A stretch of 64,000 bases of DNA, from assembly GCA_041168925.1 (NCBI GenBank), contig JBEEJY010000006.1:2859-66858 (forward strand), in the 5' to 3' direction. This DNA is from Candidatus Parcubacteria bacterium (GTDB lineage: Bacteria > Patescibacteriota > Minisyncoccia > Phycocordibacterales > UBA2100). The notes beneath the pieces were generated by a model. That model worked only from the letters and a program-made list of their open reading frames with translations, was not told the DNA's origin and did no database searches. How positions within the stretch are numbered: the stretch's first letter is position 1; every line of letters starts with the position of its first letter. Below, in pieces: positions 10,068 to 17,463 of this stretch. A program made the translations under genes and the position numbers.

Positions 10068-12286
10068 ATATATTCAACTCCCTCGGCTCAAATTACGATC
10101 TTTCGACTGCCATGCGGATCCTCTTCGCCGTCGGGAGCGCCGGCGCGAAGCGACGACTCATCAAGGGGCTTGAAAGTCGGTACGGCGGAAAGGCTATACT
10201 GACGTACAAAGGTCGCGAGGCGCTCCTGCTTGCCCTTCGCGCGCTCCCTGAAAAAGGCGCGGTCGTCATGAACGGCTTCACCTGTCTCGCGGTGTACGAG
10301 GCGATCGTCGCGAGCGGGCATGAGGTGTGTTACGTCGACGTGCCCGCGCACGAACTCGAATTCTCTCCGGAATCGCTGCGCGAGGTGCTTGCGACGCGCA
10401 ACGACATCAAAGCGGTCATCGTGCAAAATACGCTCGGCATTCCCTGCGATATGCGGCAGATTCACGCGCTCTGCCGCGAACATGGCGTCGTTCTCATCGA
10501 AGATCTCGCGCACTCGATCGGAGCACGGTATGCTTCGGGAGAAGAAACCGGCACGATCGGGGATTTTGTGGTTCTTTCATTCGGCCAGGACAAAGTGGTA
10601 GACGCGGTCGCCGGGGGCGTCCTTATCGTTCGCGCTTCTTCTTTTGCGAGCGCCGTCCGAAAACCCGAGCAACACGTCTCGCTCGTGCGGCAGCTGAAAG
10701 ATCGTTTGTATCCGCTCCTCTCTATCAGCGTGCGCGCCGCGTATAAGCTCGGTTTCGGCCCGATCTACCATGCTTGCATCAGGTCGCTTCGATTGCTTTC
10801 CACGCCCCTCGGCGAGCCCAGCGAGAAAGTACGATCCCTTCCCGGATGGTATTGCTCGAATATTCTCCGTCAGATGGACTACCTTCCCGCGATCGCGAAA
10901 CATCGGGAAGAAATCGCGAAAATATACGCCGTGCACTTGGAAGGGAGCCTTCTGCCTCACCGCGTATTCCGGCACATCCCGCATTCGTCGAATGTACGCT
11001 TCCCCATTTTCATACAGGGTCGAAATAGGTTGTGCGCGCATATGAAAACGCATGGCATCCGTATCGCCGATACATGGTACGACGCGCCGGTCGCGCCGAA
11101 AAAGTATCTTCGAAGGACGAACTACCGCAGCGGTACGTGTCCGCATGCGGAACATCTCGCGGAGCGCATCGTGAACCTTCCCACGCACGTCAACGTCTCG
11201 CAAGACGACGCCCGTGCTATCGCATCGCTCATCAACGAATGGGCGCGGGCGGATCTCGCACTTCCCTACCACGTCCGCGCAGCGAACGAATCTGCATGGG
11301 AAGATTTCATACGGCGGCAAAAACCGCACAGTTTTCTGCACTCGTGGAAATGGGGCTTGCTGCAGGAAGAAACAGGCTCGCGCGTGTTTCGACTCGGCGC
11401 GTACAAAGGCGGGAATCTCGTTGCAATAGCGCTCTTGATACGAACGCAAGCGCGGCGCGGGACGTTTTTGCTCTGTCCACACGGACCTTTGATGGCAGCG
11501 GGAGAAGATTCAGCGCCGATCTTCAACTTGTTGGTCGAAGAGTGTACGCGACTCGGCCGCGCTGAAGGCTGCGATTTCTTGCGTTTCTGTCCGCTCGCGG
11601 AGGATTCGGAGCGCGATCGCGCGCTGTATCGCAATGCCGGATTCAGAGACGCTCCGATCCACATGCATCCGGAACTGGCTTGGATGCTCGATATCACAAG
11701 ATCGGAAGACGAGCTCTTGAGAGAGATGCGAAAAACGACCCGGTACCTTGTGCGCAAGATGGAAAAGGATGGCGTCGAAATCGCGCGAAGCAACGACCCA
11801 GCCGACATCGAGAAATTCTGGCCGATTTATGAAGCGACGGCGGCGCGGCAGCATTTTACGACCTTCAAAAAATCCGACTTGCGAAAAGAGTTCGAGCTTT
11901 ATGCAAAAGACGATCAGGCGCTTTTCTTTTTCGGATCCCAACGCGGTTCCCTTGTCGCAGCTGCCATCATCATTTTTTACGGCGGACAGGCTTTCTATCA
12001 TCATTCCGGTTCGGCATCATATGACGCCGGAGGCGCGAATGTCTCATATCTATTGCAATGGCGCGTGATACAAGAGGCAAAACGCCGCGGCTGCACGCTC
12101 TACAATCTCTGGGGTATCGCACCCGATGACCGGCCGGACCATCCGTGGGCGGGATTGTCGCTTTTCAAGAAAGGCTTCGGGGGGTTCGCGGAACGTTACG
12201 TCCATGCGCAAGACAAGCCGCTCTCCGCAAAGTACGGCCTCAACTACCTCGTCGAAACCGCGCGCCGGATCAAGCGCGGATTTTAA
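10064..12286 (+). CDS. Fusion protein: N-terminal DegT/DnrJ/EryC1/StrS-family PLP-dependent sugar aminotransferase joined to a C-terminal FemABX-family (aminoacyl-tRNA-dependent) peptidyltransferase
   Basis: Residues 1-390 show the DegT-family fold markers, including the PLP lysine (VVLSFGQDKVVDAVAGGVL), CDMRQIHALCREHGVVLIEDLAHSIG, and a C-terminal NLPTHVNVS motif. Residues 400-740 carry the FemAB signatures FLHSWKWGLLQEE (F-QS-W-W), FYHHSGSASYDAGGANVSYLLQWRVIQEAKRRGCTLYNLWGI and LFKKGFGGF. The whole forms one continuous 740-aa ORF. Confidence 0.75.
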   Translation: MNIFNSLGSNYDLSTAMRILFAVGSAGAKRRLIKGLESRYGGKAILTYKGREALLLALRALPEKGAVVMNGFTCLAVYEAIVASGHEVCYVDVPAHELEFSPESLREVLATRNDIKAVIVQNTLGIPCDMRQIHALCREHGVVLIEDLAHSIGARYASGEETGTIGDFVVLSFGQDKVVDAVAGGVLIVRASSFASAVRKPEQHVSLVRQLKDRLYPLLSISVRAAYKLGFGPIYHACIRSLRLLSTPLGEPSEKVRSLPGWYCSNILRQMDYLPAIAKHREEIAKIYAVHLEGSLLPHRVFRHIPHSSNVRFPIFIQGRNRLCAHMKTHGIRIADTWYDAPVAPKKYLRRTNYRSGTCPHAEHLAERIVNLPTHVNVSQDDARAIASLINEWARADLALPYHVRAANESAWEDFIRRQKPHSFLHSWKWGLLQEETGSRVFRLGAYKGGNLVAIALLIRTQARRGTFLLCPHGPLMAAGEDSAPIFNLLVEECTRLGRAEGCDFLRFCPLAEDSERDRALYRNAGFRDAPIHMHPELAWMLDITRSEDELLREMRKTTRYLVRKMEKDGVEIARSNDPADIEKFWPIYEATAARQHFTTFKKSDLRKEFELYAKDDQALFFFGSQRGSLVAAAIIIFYGGQAFYHHSGSASYDAGGANVSYLLQWRVIQEAKRRGCTLYNLWGIAPDDRPDHPWAGLSLFKKGFGGFAERYVHAQDKPLSAKYGLNYLVETARRIKRGF

Positions 12287-12941
12287 ACCAGCGATTTGCC
12301 GCTTGTGGCCAGATCGCGGTGAGCGCATGTTTTGAGCAGTCGTGCGGACGCGCGGGGCAGATGTAACGGCCATAGAGGACGAGACCGTTGTTGACATACT
12401 TCCAGTCTTTTTTCGGGATAAGGCGCTCGAGGTCGTGCGAAATTTTCTTGAGATCATCGTTATCTGAAAGATCGAAACGTTTAACGAATCGCTTTACGTG
12501 CGTGTCGGTCGGAATCCCTTCCCATGCGTCGTAGAGCTCGCCGAGAATCACGTGGGCAGTCTTATACCCGACACCCGGCAGAGTTTGAAGCTCTTTCGCA
12601 GTACGTGGTACCCGCCCGTTAAAATCGGCGGAGACTTTCTTCGCGGCCGCAATGATGTGCCTGGCTTTATTCCGAAAAAATGAGACCGACGAGATTTCTC
12701 GCTCGAAAACTCGAGGGTTCGCATCCGCAAAACAAGACGGTTTTTTATATTTCTTAAAAAGACCCGCGGTCACCTTATTCACTTGCTTATCGGTCGTCTG
12801 TGCTGACAGGACGACTGCAACGAGAAACTGGAACGGGGTTTTGTATGCTAGTTCGCTTTTAGGCAGAGGGTACGCTTTTTTAAGGTACGCGACGATACGA
12901 CGCGCTCGCGCCTGTCTCTCCTGTCCTTGCGATGCGTTCAT
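12270..12941 (-). CDS. nth: Endonuclease III (DNA-(apurinic or apyrimidinic site) lyase)
   Basis: Contains the helix-hairpin-helix LPGVGYKTAHVILGE, the catalytic Lys/Asp region, and the C-terminal 4Fe-4S ligand pattern C-x6-C-x2-C-x5-C (CPARPHDCSKHALTAIWPQ is partially visible). Confidence 0.85.
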   Translation of the reverse strand: MNASQGQERQARARRIVAYLKKAYPLPKSELAYKTPFQFLVAVVLSAQTTDKQVNKVTAGLFKKYKKPSCFADANPRVFEREISSVSFFRNKARHIIAAAKKVSADFNGRVPRTAKELQTLPGVGYKTAHVILGELYDAWEGIPTDTHVKRFVKRFDLSDNDDLKKISHDLERLIPKKDWKYVNNGLVLYGRYICPARPHDCSKHALTAIWPQAANRWFKIRA

Positions 12942-13684
12942 TAGCGAATGAAAAACGTCGCGCGAGCCGTGACCATCACCTGCTTGTCGATGGTCGAGGT
13001 GTCGTACGAGCCGTAGTCGGAAATATCGACGGAATTCGGCTGCATCACTTGCACGACTCCGCTTGAAGCGGACTTGAGCGCTCCGACGCTTTGGCCGGTC
13101 GATTTCGCGATCGATTCGGCGCGTGCTTTCGCATCTTCTACCGCTTTTCCGATAAGCGCCACGCGAACGCTGGGAAGCGAAGAAACGTAATATTCGGGCT
13201 GGCCGGCGGACACGAGAATCCCCTGCGCGGCAAGCTCTCCGATATCCTTCGATAAGGATTCAATTTGCGACGGGTCGTCCGATGAGACCGTGATCTGCTC
13301 GCGAATTGTGTAGCGACGCGGCGCGTTGGAATCGTTCGAGTATGAATAGTCCTGGTCGACCGAAACGGGAGTCGTGCTGATGCGGCCTTCAGGAATGCCG
13401 CCCTTCGAAAAAAAGGTAAGAACAGCTTGCGCATCGCGTGCGACCCGGCTTTGAGCGGACGGCACTTCCGATTCGTAGGCGGATCGACTGACCGACACGC
13501 TCCATTTTGCGGAATCGGCCTTCAGAGCCTGCGTCGCGGAGCCGGTCACCGAAAGCGTGTTGTCCATAGAACGGACATTGTAGAAGGTGAGGGAACCGAT
13601 AAGGGCGGCGATAACGATGCCGAGCCCCAAGACCCCCGCCGCTGCCACCATGTCTTTCTGCATCATGGGAATCACTATACGCAC
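12941..13684 (-). CDS. SIMPL/DUF541-family periplasmic protein (YggE-like), membrane-anchored
   Basis: 247 aa with an N-terminal TM helix, then a repeat-like SVTGSA...RDAQAV / KAVEDAKARAESIAKSTGQSVGAL region resembling the SIMPL domain. This is a weak family-level call made by eye. Confidence 0.45.
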   Translation of the reverse strand: MRIVIPMMQKDMVAAAGVLGLGIVIAALIGSLTFYNVRSMDNTLSVTGSATQALKADSAKWSVSVSRSAYESEVPSAQSRVARDAQAVLTFFSKGGIPEGRISTTPVSVDQDYSYSNDSNAPRRYTIREQITVSSDDPSQIESLSKDIGELAAQGILVSAGQPEYYVSSLPSVRVALIGKAVEDAKARAESIAKSTGQSVGALKSASSGVVQVMQPNSVDISDYGSYDTSTIDKQVMVTARATFFIR

Positions 13685-13704
13685 GGTTTTGTCCAGCGCA
13701 ACTG

Positions 13705-14169
13705 CTACTGTATGACGACCGGTATTTCGACCGAATCGTCATTTTCAGGCAGACCTGACGGATTGTCTTTCATGAGCACGAGCGTGGCAGGGCCTCTGTA
13801 CCCCGAAACGGTGACGGCCGCTTCGAACGGGACGAATGATTCGGTCATCCAGTCGCCTTGCGCCTGCGCGATGCCCTGCCCTACTTTATTGTTGTTTGCG
13901 TCTCGCACTTGAACCGGAAAGGAGGCTTCGAAATACCACGCGCCTCTCGCTTCACCGGTAACGGTGAATGTTTTGCCGACAGTAGCGTGCGGGAGCGGGT
14001 TCGAGATTGTCACCTTGTCGGACATGAATGGCGTCTCGATTGAGCGAGGCGTCGAAGTGGATGTCGTCGGCGCAAGCACAGGTGCGGGCGTTGCAAAAAG
14101 TATCCAAGCGAGCACGATAACGACGAGCGTCGCGACGAGCAGTATTGTCCACATCACTCCCCTGTTCAT
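13705..14169 (-). CDS. Secreted Ig-like (Gmad2-type) domain protein, N-terminal signal anchor
   Basis: The ORF extends to 14256, but that overlaps the upstream gene, so the ATG at 14169 (MNRGVMWTILLVATLVVIVLAWILF) is more likely. A beta-rich domain follows (TVGKTFTVTGEARGAWYFEASFPVQVRD...VSGYRGPATLVLMKDNPSG). Confidence 0.4.
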   Translation of the reverse strand: MNRGVMWTILLVATLVVIVLAWILFATPAPVLAPTTSTSTPRSIETPFMSDKVTISNPLPHATVGKTFTVTGEARGAWYFEASFPVQVRDANNNKVGQGIAQAQGDWMTESFVPFEAAVTVSGYRGPATLVLMKDNPSGLPENDDSVEIPVVIQ

Positions 14170-14179
14170 ACCCACCAGC

Positions 14180-15145
14180 CTACAGCTGCGCGATGATCTT
14201 GGCAATCTTCGCCGAATCGTGCCGCGCTTTGTCGCTTCGCGAAGCCAGATTTTCAACGACTACGTGTTTCGCGCACTCTTTGAGAGCCGCGTCGCACACC
14301 ATCGGATACTTCTTTTCCTTTTCATACGCTTCGAGAAGCTTCGAGTCCATGGACGCCCCGTTGCAGATGACGTAATCGAATGTCTTCAGTCCGCTATAGC
14401 GTAATAGCTCGCGGACCATATCGGACGCCTTGAATCCGTGCGTCTCTCCCCACTTCGTCATGAGATTGCATACGACGACGGTCTTGCCGCGCGACGCCTT
14501 GAGCGCGCGTGGCATGCCATTTGTCAGCAGCGTCGGAATCAGCGATGAGTAGAGATCTCCCGGTCCGATTACGATCGTATCCGCGAGATGAATCGCGTCC
14601 GCGGTTTCTTTATAGATTTTTGCCGGCGGATCTAAAAAGACTTTGGCGATACGCAACGCGCCGTCGTGCTTCGGGATATCGATATTGGTTTCGCCCACGA
14701 TCTCCTGCCCGTTCTCAAGGATCGCATGCACGTGGGAGTGATCGAGCGAGACGGGGAGGATTTTGCCGGTAATGTTGAGCAGTTCGGACGCCTTGCGAAT
14801 TCCCTGGATTTCGCCGCCATAAATCGAAGCGAGTGCGACGAGAAAGAGATTACCGAAACTATGGCCGTCGAGCGAGCCGCCACCGTTTTCAAACCGATAC
14901 TCAAAAAGCTCCCGAAGAATCGCAGCCTTCTTCTCATCGGCGAGTGCGAGCATTCCGCGACGCACATCGCCCGGCGGCAGTATGCCGAACTCGTCGCGCA
15001 ATTTCCCGGCCGAACCGCCGGAATCAAAGGAGGTAAAAACCGCCGTGATATCGAGCGGAAACTCCTTGAGCCCGCGCAAAAGCGTGTAGCCGCCGCTCCC
15101 TCCGCCTATTCGGACCACCCGTTTTCGAGCCATTCCGGACAGCAT
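14180..15145 (-). CDS. YvcK/CofD-family protein (UPF0052; gluconeogenesis factor / 2-phospho-L-lactate transferase-like)
   Basis: N-terminus VVRIGGGSGGYTLLRGLKEF with ITAVFTSFDSGGSAGKLRDE, and 321 aa, are characteristic of the CofD/YvcK family. Confidence 0.8.
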   Translation of the reverse strand: MLSGMARKRVVRIGGGSGGYTLLRGLKEFPLDITAVFTSFDSGGSAGKLRDEFGILPPGDVRRGMLALADEKKAAILRELFEYRFENGGGSLDGHSFGNLFLVALASIYGGEIQGIRKASELLNITGKILPVSLDHSHVHAILENGQEIVGETNIDIPKHDGALRIAKVFLDPPAKIYKETADAIHLADTIVIGPGDLYSSLIPTLLTNGMPRALKASRGKTVVVCNLMTKWGETHGFKASDMVRELLRYSGLKTFDYVICNGASMDSKLLEAYEKEKKYPMVCDAALKECAKHVVVENLASRSDKARHDSAKIAKIIAQL

Positions 15146-15185
15146 TGCACAAATCGGCGAAGCTTGCTACCATCGCGTTACAACT

Positions 15186-15300
15186 GAATATCGTATCAAG
15201 AGCGTGGGGAGAGTTCCGGCTCGACGAACCACCGGCAGCGTGCTCCGAGTAGCATCGAGGAGTAATGTGCCTCTTCCGGCCCTCCGGGAAGATACACATT
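15186..15300 (+). promoter_or_regulatory. Candidate SAM-I (S-box) riboswitch in the metK leader
   Basis: TATCAAGAGCGTGGGGAGAGTTCCGGCTCGACGAACCACCGGCAGC resembles the S-box consensus AUCAAGAG-GG-GGAGGGA-CUGGCCC-GAUGAA-CC-GGCAACC. A possible P1 closing segment GATAC lies near 15292 opposite CGTATC near 15192. The element is on the same strand as metK and immediately upstream of it. Coordinates are approximate. Confidence 0.45.
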
Positions 15301-15308
15301 ATCCATAA

Positions 15309-15333
15309 TCTCCCGTCGGGAGATATTTTGTTG
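15309..15333 (+). terminator. Intrinsic terminator-like hairpin plus U-tract between the riboswitch candidate and the metK start; putative expression platform
   Basis: TCTCCC-GTC-GGGAGA is a perfect 6-bp stem with a 3-nt loop, followed by TATTTTGTTG, about 18 nt before the metK ATG at 15351. Confidence 0.45.
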
Positions 15334-15350
15334 CTAGAACGATATACCGT

Positions 15351-16403
15351 ATGTTCCATTCACTAGAACGATACACGACGGAATCAGTCACCTCTGGGCA
15401 TCCGGACAAAGTGTGCGATCAGATATCGGATGCGATCCTCGATGCGTGCCTCGCTCAGGATCCGTACTCGCGCGTTGCCGTCGAGAGTTTCGGCAGCCAC
15501 GGCACGCTGATGCTCGGGGGCGAAGTAAAGACAAAGGCGAAAGTCGATTTCAAAAGAATAGCGCTGGGCGTGTATCGCGATATCGGTTACACCGACAAGC
15601 TCAAAGTTTTCAATACGATCGCGAAGCAATCTCCCGACATCGCAATGGGAGTTGATACCGGAGGCGCGGGCGATCAGGGCATCATGTACGGTTACGCAAC
15701 GAACGAGACGAAAGAGTATCTTCCGAAGGGAGTCGTGCTCGCGCACGCGCTCGCTCGGCGTCTCGAGAGACTGCGCCGCAACGGCACGCTGAAGTGGCTG
15801 AAGCCGGACGGCAAAACCCAAGTGACGATCTCGAAAGGCAAGGTAATCACCGCGTTGTGCTCCACTCAGCACGACAAGAAGGTTTCGCAGGAAGAAATCC
15901 GCAAGCAGCTCATCAAACATCTCTTCATTCCCATACTCGGCTCCGTGAAAGACGTCGAGATTCTTGTAAATCCTACCGGGCAGTTCATTCTCGGCGGTTT
16001 TGCCGCTGATGCCGGATTGACGGGCCGCAAGATCATGGTCGACACCTACGGCGGCGTCATGCCTCATGGAGGCGGCGCATTTTCCGGCAAGGATGCGACG
16101 AAGGTGGATCGCTCCGCGGCATACATGTGTCGATTCGTCGCCAAAAATCTCGTCGCCAACGGTTACGCGAAAAAGGCGCTCGTGTCGGTCGCCTATGCGA
16201 TCGGGCGGGTCGATCCCGTGATGGTGGAAGCATTCGACGAGAAGGGTCGCGATCTCACGTCGATCGTCAAGAAGCATTTCGATTTCCGACCTCGCGCTAT
16301 CATCGAACGCCTTGTATTGAACCGCCCGATCTACCGTGAGACCGCAGCCTACGGGCATTTCGGCGTCCAGGGTCGCCCGTGGGAGAAGATTATCAAGATA
16401 TAA
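15351..16403 (+). CDS. metK: S-adenosylmethionine synthetase
   Basis: N-terminus ...[26 protein letters not shown] is the bacterial MetK signature, followed by [19 protein letters not shown]. At 350 aa it is a little short. Confidence 0.95.
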   Translation: [350 protein letters not shown]

Positions 16404-16479
16404 AAAGTGGTAATGAAATGCCGAGGCGTGCCGTCATGTATACTGTAGGTATGTCATTATCGGCTAATTACCATACAAT

Positions 16480-17409
16480 ATGAACGCTATTAGCAGAACT
16501 GTGGCGACTGCGTTTGTCGCTGCCGCCGTCGTAATGCCCCTTGCGGCATCGGCGCAATCGACCGACCTGCAAAACCAGATCCAGTCGCTCTTAAATCAAA
16601 TCAAGGCGCTGCAAGAGCAGTTGCGAGCGCTTGTTGCCTCGAGCTCGGCTGCGGGAAGCGGCATCTGGATGATGGGCTCGACTACTCCGCCGTGGGGTAC
16701 GCCGCCCGGACAAATCGCGAAGGCTGCGTGCATTCGCCTCAACAGAAACCTGGACATCGGCTCTCAAGGCGACGACGTGAAAAAACTTCAGGAGATACTC
16801 GCGGAAGATTCGGACAACGATTATCATGCCGGCATTACGGGATTTTTCGGTCCGCGCACGGCGCAGGCGATGATGCGATTTCAAATGCGGTTCAACATCG
16901 CCTCGTCGAGCAATGGAAGTGTCGGACCGATGACACGCGGGTTCTTCGAACGCGCGTGCGGCGAGGGTATGGGTGACGACGAAAAGGACGCGCGCTCCAT
17001 CGTCGGAAACATCAGCTCCGTCGGCTCATCTTCGTTCGTGGTTACCATCAACGCAAACACGTCACGGACAATCAACTTCACCGCCTCGACCACGATCGAG
17101 ATCGTACCGAGCGCGACGTCTTCGCCTATAACCGGGTCATCGGCAGATCTCGCGGTGGGCAAAGTGATACACGCAATCGGGACGCCGAATGCGGATGGCA
17201 GTTTGACGGCGACTTTGATCAGAATCGGCGTGCCGCTTCCGCCGCCGCGCCCCCAGAAACCGATCTTCGAGTTTGACAAACTCGGGCGCAAGATCGTCAA
17301 CACCGTCATGGACGACCTTCGCGGCAGAGATAATCGCTTGCCGAACCGTCCTCCCAAACCTGGAATGATGCCCATCAACGGCGGGCCGAACACCGGTCGA
17401 GGATTGTAA
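16480..17409 (+). CDS. Secreted protein with a peptidoglycan-binding (PG_binding_1-like) domain
   Basis: A signal peptide MNAISRTVATAFVAAAVVMPLAASAQS is followed by a coiled-coil-like QNQIQSLLNQIKALQEQLRAL. A domain DIGSQGDDVKKLQEILA...GITGFFGPRTAQAMMRFQ matches the PG-binding pattern (G..G.dV..LQ..L....DG.FG..T..AV..FQ). The C-terminus is Pro/Gly-rich. Confidence 0.6.
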   Translation: MNAISRTVATAFVAAAVVMPLAASAQSTDLQNQIQSLLNQIKALQEQLRALVASSSAAGSGIWMMGSTTPPWGTPPGQIAKAACIRLNRNLDIGSQGDDVKKLQEILAEDSDNDYHAGITGFFGPRTAQAMMRFQMRFNIASSSNGSVGPMTRGFFERACGEGMGDDEKDARSIVGNISSVGSSSFVVTINANTSRTINFTASTTIEIVPSATSSPITGSSADLAVGKVIHAIGTPNADGSLTATLIRIGVPLPPPRPQKPIFEFDKLGRKIVNTVMDDLRGRDNRLPNRPPKPGMMPINGGPNTGRGL

Positions 17410-17463
17410 GGCCACGAGCTGGCAAGGCTGATAACGCCGATTTAATCGTTGAGTAAAACAAAA

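Noticed and set aside
10577-11482. 301-aa minus-strand ORF inside the DegT::FemAB fusion gene.
   Set aside because: Antisense, with no motifs. The plus frame carries both domain signatures continuously.
15384-16358. 324-aa minus-strand ORF covering almost all of metK.
   Set aside because: Antisense to metK, whose translation is unmistakable. No recognisable motifs. A high-GC artefact.
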